A model generated the notes under the pieces. That model worked only from the letters and a program-made list of their open reading frames with translations. It was not told where the DNA came from and made no database searches. From the NCBI GenBank assembly GCA_036172245.1, contig JAYWIR010000044.1, forward strand, positions 1,178,001 through 1,242,000: DNA of 64,000 nucleotides. The letters are read 5' to 3'. Both the position numbers and the translations under genes were made by a program. Below are positions 38,945 through 51,250 of the stretch, one piece after another (the first letter of the stretch is position 1; every line of letters starts with the position of its first letter). Source of the stretch: Raillietiella orientalis. Taxonomy: Eukaryota.

Positions 38945-40080
38945 TCATTCATAAAAAAAATACACATAAAGTTCGGCGGAGGACTATTGGTCCTGCCACG
39001 TTGCAAATGTAACCATGGGAACCTGCCAAGAACAGGCACGCAGGCCAGCGGGGTTCGTCTCGGCAGCATAGAAACAAAATGATATATACAAAAAAAATGG
39101 GAGGGTTCGGGAAGGAATCACCGGGTGTTGGAGGGAGTCCTCTGCACCCTATTCAGGATGCTAACAAATTCCTGTTTTAATGTTCCCTTCTGAAGCTATC
39201 TTTGGAAGCAAAATAGATGGCCTCCTCTGGTGTTGCTCCATACAGCCACAATCCCGCGTGGCCAGCAAAGCGCTGCTAAGGATGAGGCCGGCGTGATGGA
39301 GTTGCGATGGGAAAGGCGCTTCAGGAGGTTTCTGGGATCGCCCTCGTGGATCCACAAGGACGCGGCAAAGCGTTCCCACAGGGCGGAGGGCCACACAATC
39401 CACGAGCAGGTGCGAGAGGGACTCTCTTTCTCCACACCTGCCGCAGTTTGGGCTCGCACTTTCCCCGGCTCAATGGTGTCGGCGGGCGTTGTACGGGAGG
39501 CTCCAATGCAACAGAAGGAATGCCGCCACCTGCCACTTTAGGGGGAGGGTTGCACGACTCCAGCACGCTGGAAGCCACAGTATCCCCTCCGGAGGAATTT
39601 GTGGCAGCTCTCCCCAGCATAGCAGTTCTTTTGGAGGGATACTCGGGGTGGCAGCATCTGTCCGATCCCGAGTCTTCCATGAATGTTTTCTTCTATTTTC
39701 GATAGTGCACCTCATTTTTCACCTTGCCAGAAGGTCAAGGTAAACAAGGGACAGTGGTCCCTTGTTTTCCGTAGGGAGGGTAGCACTGAGGCTAGGAGAG
39801 CGAACGACGTCCAAAGCAGATCCGTGGTGTTACCCAGAATCCCCTTCAACGACTGACGAGTACTGCTGTCTCGTAGACAGATGAACTCAGCCCCTCGCTC
39901 GTGACGTTGATCTTGCTCATGCGAAGATAGACTCTTGCAGCCGCGTAGCAGGGTCACGAGGTCGCGGGCGCCTTGCTGTGTTTCTCCACGAGAGTGCGCG
40001 AAGGGACACTGGCAAGCGGCCGAGTGTCTTCGGCCCAAGCGGACGATAGACCTAGGGATTCCCAAGCGTGGCAAGCAGAT
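38945..40080 (-). mobile_element. Tx1-like LINE 3' end (copy C): zf-RVT, stop and 3' UTR
   Basis: WGELPQI...LPLKWQVAAFLLLHWSLPYNARRHH*...SPNCGRCGERESLSHLLVDCVALRP, ending QEFVSILNRVQRTPSNTR* (stop 39118-39120). The 3' UTR resembles copies A, B and D. Confidence 0.8.
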
Positions 40081-40649
40081 CGGAATCCGGAGGAGTGAGG
40101 CGCCTGCTCCGTGCCCTTCCGGTTCACATCAGATGTGAGCTCCTTCCCCGCGTAGTGCTGTCCCGTTTCCGATCTCCTGTTGATGTGACGTCATTTGCAG
40201 TTTGTCAACGCGGTCAGCGCATGCAGGATGCAAGGGGAGATCTCGTGGCAGCCATTTGTCACCGGCTCCATCCATCACTTCATAATGGATTTCGATGCGC
40301 CGAGAGCAACGAGATTTGTGCTCCAGGAAGGCAAATGTCCACTTCCCGAGGAAACAATATTCTAAGCTCATGGGAAACCGATGTTCTTAGATTCATCGGG
40401 TATGGAGAGTTCCCAAAACTTTGCGAATGGGGTGAATCTTCATGAAGGATGTAAATGAACGAAGCACGAAAACGAAGATATGCCAAGCAGCCTCCTGCAT
40501 TTAATTGATACCCGCGTCATCTCCTGATTATGGGAGGCACACACTTAGATGAATCCAAATACTGAAAGAGATCCACCAAACTCCCCAAGCTACGGAAAAT
40601 CAGGAGGAATTTCAAAACGTCCTCGATATCCACCGCTTCCCTATCATAT

Positions 40650-41330
40650 TAGGGAGAGTGCCGCTCACATTTGCTCCCGTCTCCCCTTGGCATCTCCTTA
40701 ACTTGAAGAGTTACACGCACCTTCAGGTGGCGTGTGCAAGGTTGAAGATTTTCGTGAGCACTCCCAAAGAGGCGATCGACTCTCCAGAACTTGGCGAATC
40801 AGCCTCTTCTCTTCGTCCTAAATCTAGCAGAGTCTGCGTACCGGCTGGCCACCATGTCTGCTTACGATTCCTCGAAAATTCGGTCCTCTGGTCATGTGAT
40901 CACTTCTGTACTTTTTCCATCGTATACCAGCGTCTGGTACATACTCTTGCATACAGGTAGCCTCATTTCCAGCAGATGACCTATGATGTTGGGAGTATAA
41001 AGTGACCCCGGAAGTACTCGAGAAAAAAAACAATCCTAATCGCGCTCAAAGAGCCCTTTCAGTGGCTTTCCCAAGCAGTATCCATGGATAGATTTGACGA
41101 ATGGGTCATGCACAAGCCATGTACAAAAAAATACATCCAGGTGAGCAGGGTATCGTGGTCTTGCATGGACTCGTGGATCTCCAACTTATTGGCATCCGCT
41201 CCGTGTTTATCCTGAGAACGCCATGAGTTGATCATTCTCTCGCTTTTTAGAAGGTGCTGAGTTCGGACAGTGTGCCATACTGCCTGCTGTAAGCTCCTGT
41301 GGTTATGGATTAGCTGTGGAGATCATGTTC
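40650..41330 (-). mobile_element. CR1/L2-like ORF2 C-terminal relics
   Basis: TLYSQ.., MEKVQK (~LEKVQRRATR), LLDLG..GESI..TKI (~RRxRGDLIxxYKI), and a separate SERMINSW (~FSxRVINxWN). Confidence 0.45.
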
Positions 41331-41456
41331 TTGCTAAGGTCTTCTGCATTCTTTGGTCGACATCCCTGGCGTCCATTCTCGTTCCTGGGTTCCTGTGATG
41401 ATGCCTGTGATTCCATTGCAGCTGTTTGCAGTTGATGCAGAGACCTTACCCTGCGA

Positions 41457-41617
41457 TGGATCGGTGGACCTCCGTTCTTGGAATCGCCCTTGGGCCCTAC
41501 TGGCTTTGGTTCTTGGAAACTTCGTTACGCGGCAACGCATGAACATCCTCACAATGAGAAATGAAGAGGAATCCGCCCAATACTGGGTCAGGCAGTGTCC
41601 ACTCGGTCGGGTGCACT
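41457..41617 (+). repeat. Direct duplication copy 1 (partner 44092-44261)
   Basis: Near-identical to 44092-44261 apart from a few substitutions and a 9-bp indel. Confidence 0.95.
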
Positions 41618-41820
41618 TTCTGAGTCTGCTTTCCCGAGAGTCATCTCCAATGCAATTCATCATCACGAGACCCCTTTTGTCTAGAGGTGCTTCTAGATCT
41701 GCTTCTTACGAAGAGCAACTATCTACAGATCTTCAAGAACCGATAGGTTTTCGTTGTTTGTAGTCCTCCCAGGACCAAGGAGAGGCTGAAGCAGAAAAAA
41801 AGGAGTCGTAAAGGACGATC

Positions 41821-41859
41821 ATGGCCCGAACGAAGCGAACTGCACTCAAGAGTACGAGT
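41821..41859 (+). pseudogene. H3: Histone H3 N-terminal tail fragment
   Basis: ATG-initiated MARTKRTALKSTS vs H3 MARTKQTARKSTG (10/13 identical). Similarity stops immediately afterwards. Confidence 0.5.
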
Positions 41860-42119
41860 TGCAATCTAGTTTATGAGGAAAGAGATTCGAAATGCTCCAG
41901 TGACAGGAAGTGTGAAAAAGTCCCATGGCCAGAGACCAGGGACGATGACTCTGCTACTACACATTTTATTTTCAAAATTCATATATACCTCATTATTTCA
42001 ATTAATATTAAATCACATGTAAAAATTATTACTTACAGTTTCAAGCATAATTAGATCCTAATTTAATAGATTTATTTCTGTCATATTAGTTTTTTAATTT
42101 AAACAAGAAATTTTCCTCT

Positions 42120-42600
42120 TTGGTGTAAACCAAAATACTCTATTAAACTACTTCTCGCTTTCCTTAATATATACATTCTATAGCCTCCCCCTACCAACGT
42201 AATAATACCTAAATATAATACTGTATACACCATTACCTTTACTATTCCTATATATATTATAATTTCCCCTAATAATCCTAATCTTAACGGACATGACATG
42301 TTTAAAAAACACAAAACTATAATCAACCCCCCTAACCTACCACAACCTAACTTCGTTCCACCTCTCGAATATATTGACCGTCTCCCTAACAACCCAAACA
42401 TTAATCCTGAGATTCGCCGTTGGCAGGAGAGGCACATGGCTGCTGATCCACAAGTCACCTTTCCGAAACCTGACGTCACCACCAGGATGGACCTCGCTGT
42501 CAAAGCTCGGCAGTGCCGGAAAAGCGTGTTCGATGTGACACGAATCAGCGCGCCATCCGCGAAGGGAGGGTGACCGCCATGCCACGGGCGTGCCCATGAT
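42120..42600 (+). mobile_element. LINE APE endonuclease relic with a G-depleted 5' part
   Basis: RRWQERH..QVTFPKPDVTTRMDLAV (~DxWRxxHP..TFxxxxxxSRLDxxL). Upstream LIYT and ILTDMTC become LVYA and ILAxDxxC-like when A is reverted to G. Confidence 0.55.
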
Positions 42601-42899
42601 AAAAGCCTCGCGATGAAATCCCTCTGCCTTTCCATGGCCATGATGGCAGAGCTCGATTCAATCAGAGGATACCCTCTAACCGTGAGCAAAACTCCCGGAG
42701 ACTTTCGAGATTTCTTTTCCTAGAGAACTGGACCATTTCTGCTTGCATGTTATCCATTGTACGTCGCTATCAAATTATCTTTTACACCTTGCATCAGCGA
42801 CAAGGGACGCCAATTTGGTGCATGCCCTTGCATGCATGGCAGTGTCGAGGTAGACTCACTTCCAGCAGAGGGGATGAACTATGATGCTGGGAGTGCACG

Positions 42900-43830
42900 G
42901 TGACCCTGGAACGTATGGAACGTGTTTCTAGATTTAGACATGTGCTAGACTGCCTTTCTACATGACTAAATCTAGAAATAAAGACCTTCGTTGTGGGTTG
43001 CGGAGGTTGGCACTCTGAAAAGCTGCAGAACAGCAGTAGTTAGTGGGTCGTAGGTGAAGTTATGCTGACTGTTTCCTTCTCATAAAGGAGGCAGAAACAC
43101 TGTTATCAAGGAATGAACGTCTTCAATCTTCGTGTCTACCAGTCTGCGGACTCAACTGCCAAAAACTTTTCTGGAACCGATGCAAAGAGAAACTCCATAA
43201 GAGAAATGTCTTTCTGCATGAATCGGAACTCCTTTCGAACCATCAACATTCACACAGATAAAAGGAGGAAACTCTCGACTGTATTGCAAGACTCCTGAAT
43301 AATGAAAAGAATAGGTTTGCTTTCGAACCGGCATAAAAATAAATGGCTGGCTGGCTTTGTGAGAAGACTTTGACAGCGATGTTCTGTCGATTCATTCTTC
43401 ATTCATTCAGCCAATAAAAATCATGGCTTTCTCGACATCCTAATCTCCAAGATGAACGGTCACGTCTGTGAGAATAACTCGAGCGGCATTCTCTTGATTC
43501 CCATAAAGGACTTTGTGACCTGCACTCACGCCCAGGATGTTTCGGGAAGATTCCGATTGCTGCAGTCTTCAGGCAGGCGTCTTGCGGCCCACTGAGAGCA
43601 GGTGCCAGGAGGGTGCCACGAATTGGAGGCAAGCAGCCGCCTCGCTGGAACTCCCGCGTGATTCCAGCCGCTGTTTTCAGCAGCAGGGAGAGAACTGATG
43701 CCGACACCGCTCTTGCGCATCTGTCCTTCGAAAGGATTCGCTGCAACAGCACAAATTTCGAGAGCAGCCCCGACTGCACACAAAGATTTAAGCATTTTTT
43801 GCATCTAATTACATGGGTGCGCAGGCTTAT
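42900..43830 (+). mobile_element. CR1/L2-like APE endonuclease relic
   Basis: KGGRNTVIK (~RGGGVxxYIK), RVYQSADS (~VYRSPxS), FLDILIS (~LDLxxT), KQPPRWN (~KxxPW). Confidence 0.4.
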
Positions 43831-45350
43831 ATGCAAATGAATCTGCTTCTTGAAAATCCTTCCGATGCAAAAGCTTGTTGAAGGTTTTCAGACGATCTTC
43901 GACCTCATGAGGCAAATAGGCATCTGGGAAGGATGGATGGGGCTATAGGGAAGCCTCTCCTTTCTTTGAATCCTTATGACAGCGTTCGCTTTCTGCTTCT
44001 TCCTTCGCGTCAGTGGCCCCATGGAAATTGGCCGGCGGGTTTCCACCCTTGAAGGTTCGCGCGGTCCACTTGCATTCGCCAAGAGCTCGTCTGGATCGGT
44101 GGAACTCCGTTCTTGGAATCGCTCTTGGGTACTATGGCACCTACTGGCTTTGGTTCTTGGAAACTCCGTTACGTGGCAACGCATGAACATCCTCACAATG
44201 AGAAATAAAGAGGAATCCGCCCAATACTGGGTCAGGCAGTGTCCACTCGGTCGGGTGCACTGTTGCACAGAGGAGAAGGGCGACAAGTGAATGGGTTGTC
44301 GGTGGAATCCACCGGGGAGGGTCAGCGGAAGGCCCAAAGATAGCCAAAGATATGCTCCTTACTGGGACGTTCCGCTACGCTCACGATGTCTTTTGAATGC
44401 GTGTCCTTTGCCTTGTGGTGCACCAAAGCAGTTGCCCTCTTCGTCTTCCCGGCTCCATTGCGACCTCGAACGTGCCAGCCAGGACGCCGCGTGCGCCTTG
44501 GGGAAGGGAAAAAGAAACTCTTAATAGGCTCAAGTGGGTGCTGGCTGAAGAAGAGGAGAGCAACGCAGATGTCTCTCTCGATCCTGACAGAAGGAAGCGG
44601 TTTTTGGCTGGTGAGCGCCTCGACTGACGATAACGAGATGCTGCCTCGGATAACCGAGAGGTGATGTCATCTACTGGTGGTGGTAACAGCAGCACGACTT
44701 TCAGGAGGAAGAGGCATCAGGAATATTGCACCATGGGTGCAGTGACCACGCCGTTGCTCCGCGTTATTCAGGCAAAGGCTCAGAGAAGTCGTCAGGATCT
44801 TCTGCAAAAAGAAAAAGGAAAACACCCTACGTGAATGAAGCCTCACTATGCGTCTCCTGACCACGCGACTGCCGTAGGGAACGTGGGTCCCCAGAATCCC
44901 AGTCTGAGGAGAGATTTCCTCACGCGATCGAAGAGGAAGACGAGATTTGAGTTTACGCACGTGTCGTCATCACGCATAGTGGGTGGCAATCACGAACGGC
45001 GCTCATCCCTTCATAATGGATAGCTACGTAGGTGGACGCAGGACTGCTTATCGGCGAGGCATCCCTGGACGGCACGTTCTTTTTCTGCCAGAGAAGCGGG
45101 TATACCCCCTCTCGTCGAACTGATCTCCTGGGAAGCTGAGATGAGTCATTGCTCTTCCCTGGACCCTGCGGGCAAATGCGCTTAATTTGACGATGATGCA
45201 TGACTCCTCAAAGCTTCTCGAGTTTAGACAGACAAAGAGCAGAGTGCACTCCATCCACATCACACCGGACGAGGCTTTTCTCGCTTCTCATAGCGCATCC
45301 ATCTTGTGAGGTGAAAGGTACGGATCCAGAATGAGCGGGCAATGACGTCT
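43830..45350 (+). mobile_element. L1/Tx1-like ORF2 relic (APE + linker), contains duplication copy 2
   Basis: GSRGPLAF, HLLALVL..MNILTMRNKEESAQYW (~NIYAPNxxxERxxFW), GSGFWLVSASTDDNE (~GxGFWKLNxSLLxD), LREVVRIFCK, HITPDEAFLA (~PITxEEVxxA). Confidence 0.5.
44092..44261 (+). repeat. Direct duplication copy 2 (partner 41457-41617)
   Basis: See copy 1. This copy lies in its native APE context. Confidence 0.95.
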
Positions 45351-45879
45351 AAGCAGATCACGAGATCTAGCGAGACTTCCTCTTCAGTTCGGGACTCTTA
45401 AACGAAAAGCATCCATTCTTCAACCATCGTTCATGGAACTCAAGGAAGGAGGATTGCTGCGGTTTCGACGGTTTCCAGCCGGTTGACGGCACTGCGGCGC
45501 AAAGAGGACGCGCCACTTCTCGCCGGAAGCAGTGATCGGTGGCAGGACGGACTCTCCTCGGAAACTTCAGCATCCTGTTTCCGACACAAGGGCAGTGCGG
45601 CGTTGATAGCTCCAGACATGCCATGGCGTCGGGAGGAGCACATCAGGAAGGAGACTGAGCATTCCAGCATTTGGCTCCCTCGAAGCATCTACTGGAAGCA
45701 TGAACTGGGTTACAAGCCGTAAAACAAAAGCCTCTTGTAAGCTACAGCCTCCAGGGGATTGAACAGGTCACTTTTGTAAGTACCACTCCAGAAGGTCGTA
45801 TGCGGATGATGATAGCCATGAAGATGATAATGGTCTTTTGTCTTCATGGAACTCCAGCTAAGTGAAAGGGATAGCGATA

Positions 45880-47400
45880 GACGATTGTCATGAACGATGG
45901 AAAATTTGTCAGTGCTCAGAGGAGGTCTGGTCTTCTTCAGTTTTTTCAAGCAAGAAACTTGGAGGGAAGTCTTCAAGAAAAGTCAACTTTCAGCGACATA
46001 CCTTGCGGCTTTCTTTCACCTCGGGACTACCCACCAGAGGTAGCGCCGATGTCACGTGAAGAATTTGATGAGATTCGCTCCATCAACAAACAGACCACCA
46101 TTGCAAGAGACTACGACGAGCTGCCGGACCACCTACAGGCAGCTTCCAAACGACTGGAACTGGCAGTCTCGAACTGACCAGTTCCAGTAATGAGCACACG
46201 GACAAAGACAAACCTCACGCTCAAGGGCCAAGGATAATCTAGTCACACTGGACGTCGCCTACTCCCACGAATCTTCATTTTCCCTGACGCACAGCTGGAG
46301 TCAGTAAACCTCTGAACCGCGGTCCCACCGAAAATCTCCGGTTGCCACGGCACCAAGTATTTGCACCCAGGTACCGCTCAGGTGCTCACACAATCTCGAC
46401 ATCTTCTTCGACGAAGGAGTGATTCCTACCATCCTCCCGGACGGTTCGGCATTTTCGCCTGGTCAACCCGGAGTGTTCGTCGCAAAGAAACGGGTCACTG
46501 CGAACGCAGTTCCCAAAGGAAAAAAAAAAGTTCGTTTGGAGGGTTCACCGACACGCAGGTCGGTTACTAAAGCGGTCATTCTCTCACGCTGGAACACGTT
46601 GGGGCTCCCGCTCAAACAGAAGCGCGAGGTGCTGCTGTTTGTTTCATCCAACTGGCAGCTGCCTACGTGAGTGCGACTGCGAGGTGGTCTCGCCCAGAAG
46701 ACCAAGTAGAGGCGGAGATCGGCAGCATTCAGCGCCGGTTAGTATCTGCCCATTTCCTCCCCTTCCGGACTTTTCTTGGTTCTTCATGAAGGTACGGAGC
46801 ATGAAGCTGAAGATTCTCCGTTCATTTGTTTATATGTTTTTTTATCCTTCCGTTCCACCTGTTGCAGACTTCTGGAGTGACCAACCTGCGTGTCAGCGCA
46901 CCCTCCCCTTGTAACTTGTTCTTGCTATTTGGTTGGTGAACTGAGTTTCCAACTGGTACATTCTTATTAAACAAACGCTTCGGCGCTTCCCTGTGAGTGA
47001 TAGAGTTACTGGAGAAGTCTGGAGTGTCAGGGAAGAGGGAGACAAATAAACAGAAAACAACGGATGCCTGCGGTAGCAGCCGACCGTTTCCTTCCAGAGC
47101 TAGAGTAGAATACCGGCCGTCTCTGGCTCCACTTTCTCCGGGTAAGATCACCTCGCAGTCGTTCTCATGTGCCCGTGTGCCCGAGGCTGCAGCACACGAC
47201 GGGTTGTGACCGTGGCACGGATACGGCATCTCGTTGCGGCCACAGCGCTTGCCAAAAGTCCGTCACCTCAGCAACTCCTTGGCGGTATCCTACAAGTAAG
47301 AGAGCGCTGAAGACAGTCTGTCTTACGGTTCGAGAAGGGCAGCGCGGTTCCAGCAACTCGGAACAGTTGGGAACGTAACTCCTCTGGGAACGAGGTGTCG
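45880..47400 (+). mobile_element. LINE ORF2 relic(s): pre-RT and RT C-terminal part
   Basis: PMSREEFDEIRSINKQ..ARDYDELP (~PFTxEE..IxSLxxxKAPGYDxIP), GFTDT (~AFADD), ILSRWNTLGLPLKQK, LSPGKIT, ALKTVCLTVREGQRG (~LCLPxxEGGLG). Confidence 0.45.
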
Positions 47401-49449
47401 GCGCTGCTTGTTCTGGAAGCCCCAGTAAGCGGTCCGAAGGACGGCCGGTTTCCATCGCAAGGGTAACATTGAAGTGTCCAGACACAAGGGAAGAACCTCA
47501 ATCTTTTGAAGAGACACTACTGAAGCAAGAACAAGCAGTCACAAATCCTTGTTCTCGAGAGTTTCGTCCCCGCAATGGTGCTGAGGTGCTCCCACCCTTC
47601 CGGCAGGCAGCTGTCGTTGCTCGCTCTAAAGGAAGACAAACCTGCGGCAAGAAATGTGGCATCCACTTCGCCGAGTCCAGCACTGCATCATCCAAGAGAT
47701 GGCTGAGGAGATGAAGTTCCCTTGGTTGCATTCCTCAGATCCCGACCAAGGACACAGCCGCTCTCTTCCTTTCTCCCTTGACTTGTCTTCTTTAAATGGA
47801 GCTAGCGGCTATGGAAGAAGCTACGAGAAGGAAAGAAAGAATACGTCTCACCTATACGTTAGCGACTGCCTCCGTGCATGGTGGGATCTGGAAGTCCGTG
47901 AAGTCCGAACGACGAGGAGGTCTCGAGAGAGCTGAAGTTTCAACATAGGCGAATGGACTACCCGGTGAAGGTCTGCGGCAGCATCCAGAACGAGCTCCTC
48001 ATCCACTGAGTGGCTCGCCATCAGGAATCCTCTAGCCGTGCTACACCATAAGTCGACACCGAAGGAGCTGTCTGAGAAAGCTGCAAAACCGTCAAAACGG
48101 AGAGGTTTCCTATCTTTTGGACAATCTCCGTAAAAATACCGCCGGGTCTTGTTATGGTGTTGCACATTAGCCTGAAGGAAAATATTCCAAGAATAATTAT
48201 TGGAATGCCCGTAATGAAAGAACAACACAAATGGCATCTGAGCGACGATGGCGAGTGGAGCAGAATGGAAAGGCGAAGAAGACGGCTGACCGAATTGCTC
48301 GTCACCTCCCATACGATTTCCGATAACCAGGAATGAGTAGTTAGCAATGGAACTTGTCCTGGATCTTCGGAAGTGGGGGTCATTACCTCTCTGACAAATG
48401 GTCTCTCGAGGTTTCACGGAGTCATCGTGAAGACATTTCGACAGCGGTTCGATCATTGTCCTGCGGCAAACTTCCCGCTTGTCTTCCTCAGTTGGATCGC
48501 AGATATTCTTGCTTGAATTCATTATCATCCTTGCTTGAATGCTTTTTTTCGAAGCGGTTCGAATGCATCAAGGAAGGAAAAGTTCACCCACAAACGCTGA
48601 AAGAGGAAAACACAAAGAACTTCTTTCGTTCGACCGCACTGGGAAATCAAGAATTCAAAGGAGCATCTCGTGAAGATTCCAGACGTATGCTGGTTCGTGG
48701 AACGCTCCATGGACACAGAAGAGCTAAACCTAGCAACGGCCTACAGATGATGGTTGCGAGTTGGTACATATCCGAGGTACCAACGCGCGGATGGCATCAC
48801 TCATTTGTGCAAAAACACCGGGATGACCCGGAAGAAGAACTAAGTGCTTGCCCGCAGCAGAGGCCGAGGTTTTCTCCCAAGCACCGATAGAAGGCGCCGC
48901 TTCCTTCCGCGACGCATTGTGCCTCGGAAAAGAAGCAGTTAAATGAAGGAAAGAAATCTCAGAGCAATCAGGCACGCATCGCGTGCACCGGGATTCATCA
49001 TTTTAAATAAGTTCGTTGGCAACTTCATGGCCCAGTAGATCTTCATGATGCTGCTCTTAAGTGTGTTCAAGGACTGAGAAGGAGCAATTCTGATGATGCA
49101 TAGGTCGTTGGCAGCAACTGAGTTGCAGTTTGCTTCCAGCTTGCTTTCTTCGATTAAATATCCCACGAGCATCACATACTAACGGAACTTATTTATGACG
49201 CCGGGATGTCTGCACGGATGCAGGGGCGCTTATCCCAGGGCATAGGGCGCGCATTCGAGGCGGCCAGGAAGGCATCCGGAAACTGGATCTCGAAGACTTC
49301 TTGCTTGGTACTATGCTGCTGCTGTGCTGGGGCAGTTGGCGGTAGAAGGCACCAAGATGGTACGCCTGAGAGATGGCTCCCTCGAAGCTTTCCGGGGGGA
49401 AGAGCTCAATCGCATTTGCACTTTGGAGTGCCAGGTGGCAAGCAACCGC

Positions 49450-50760
49450 TGAACGGCAAATGCAGCTGCATAATAATCCTGGAAGCAAAGCCGAGAGGTC
49501 GATGTTCCCGAAGGCTCTTGGAAGTCGTCAGCCTGCGCGAAAGACGGGGTTGCGGTCATTTTTCAAAACCCACGTCCCCTGGATAATTGTCTCGGGACCT
49601 GTTGGGACGTCCGCGAACGAGCTGAGAGAGGGAAGACCTTCCAGTGGAAAGAACTGTTGCGCGATGTGCGTGCTCGAGAAACCTGGACGCATTTTCAAAT
49701 CGGCGAGACAGTGCGCGTGAGAAAGAATTATCTTCTCCGTTGCCTTGCAGACTCCTAGGTTTCCTTCCAAAGAGGCTCCCTCTTGCTTTGCTTACCGCCC
49801 TCCTCGAGCTGCAAACGCGCAGCTGTCACCAGCATTGCAGTCAGGGTTTCCACTCCTGCCGTATTGCAGCCCCACCAATGTTTGCTTCATCACCGAAACT
49901 CATGGATCAACAGATTCCCTACAGGTGTTTCCACAATAACAAACCTGCCTGTCCGAGGTTTCGGACTTTTACGAAGTCAGCAGAAACTTTGGAAAGGAAA
50001 AAAACGTGGCTTCGGATTCCTAGCTGGAGGCTGAAATTGTAAAGTTCTTTCGTCCGTTCACGCCGGGCATATTCTGACGCCCGCTAAGCGGGAATGCCTG
50101 GAGGCAGGAATCACTGGCAACGTAGATGCGGGCGGAAAGTCCAGCCTTTCCGATCAGTTGTCTGGGCAGACTCTCCCCTTGCAGGGACACAGGACACTGT
50201 GCCCAGAGCTAAGCATGTTTCCATTGAGGATTTCATCGTTGGGATCAGGAGGAAGAGGGAGAGGTGACCTTCTGTATCTTCGGATTCACCCACCCCAATG
50301 GTCAGAGGGAAGCCTACCGCTTGGAGAATGGCGCAAGTGGCGCTCTGCTCACAACGCGGATGGATGAGCGGCGTGCTGGTAGTCAAAGGAAGGGGAGCAG
50401 AGCAGGAGACCTGGGATTTAAAGAATTTCCTCGGATGGATCCAAGTGACCGGATCGAACCTTTCGGCACTCAGATCAACCGGGTAAGCACTCAGGGCATC
50501 GTTCCGTAGACCAACCGCGTCGTTTACCATGGCAGCAGGGACTCTGTCGCCTTGGAGATCCTCCTGCACCGCATCAGGATCCTCCTTCAGACGGTGGGTT
50601 CTTGAACGTTCGGCGGAAGTTTTCGCCCGAAGTCAACAAGTAGTGGAGCCGCTGAAGTAACGCATGCGGCCGTCTCATTGGACAAAAGTGCTCGGCGGCA
50701 GGAATCCCTGGCAACGTGGATGCGAGGGACAGTCCAACACTCCCGAACAGCAGCGCCATC
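49450..50760 (+). mobile_element. L1/Tx1-like RT relic
   Basis: GLRSFFKT, RLLGFLPKRL..LLELQT, GHRTLCPELSMF (~GVRQGCPLSMLLF), GFTHPNGQREAY, FGTQINRVSTQGI (~SGAxINxxKT). Confidence 0.6.
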
Positions 50761-50859
50761 AGTTGTCTGGGGAATTACCCCTTGCAGGGATACTAGACGA
50801 TGTGGATCCTCTTCCCCACATACCGGCGTGTGACCATTGAGGACTTTTTAGTCGGTATC

Positions 50860-51075
50860 TGGAGGAGGAGGAAGAGGAAGAGGCGCTTCGAGGTCACCCA
50901 GTCCACTGGCTGGTGGAAAACCCACTGCCTGGAGAACGAGGTTACTCCAGAAGTTCCAGCTCAGAGTCCTCAAAGACGGATGGAGTTTCTGGAGATTTCT
51001 CAGGAGAATTTTGAAATCCTGTGTTTCCTGATCGTAGAATATCTCCGTCCTCTCTTTTCGATGCCAGCAGACCTC
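50860..51075 (+). mobile_element. PIF/Harbinger transposase N-terminal relic
   Basis: QSTGWWKTHCLEN...EISQENFEILCFLIVEYLRP (~RSxxWWxxxVLxx...FRMSRxxFxxLCxxIxxxLxP). Confidence 0.55.
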
Positions 51076-51250
51076 CATCTTGCTGGTTCACTGGACCCTT
51101 CATCGAAGCGAGGAACGCCACCACGCCTCGGCAGAGAGGGTGCTAAAGGAATGCTCCCATTGCAATGCGGAATGCCTCGTCAGGAATGAGAGGGAATAGC
51201 TGAGGCACGTCAGTCCCTCGACGCCGCCTCAAGAGACCGACGCTTGGTGT

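Noticed and set aside
41457..44261. LTR pair of a small LTR/TRIM element
   Set aside because: No convincing PBS, PPT or TSD, and the repeat is itself LINE APE-like coding sequence.
45178..45192. 18S-like GCTTAATTTGAC
   Set aside because: Only 12 nt, and the flanks do not match rRNA.
47848..48890. 226-aa and 178-aa ORFs, with PTRGWHHSFVQKH resembling a pogo/CENP-B HTH end
   Set aside because: Only a single weak motif, with no DDE domain seen.
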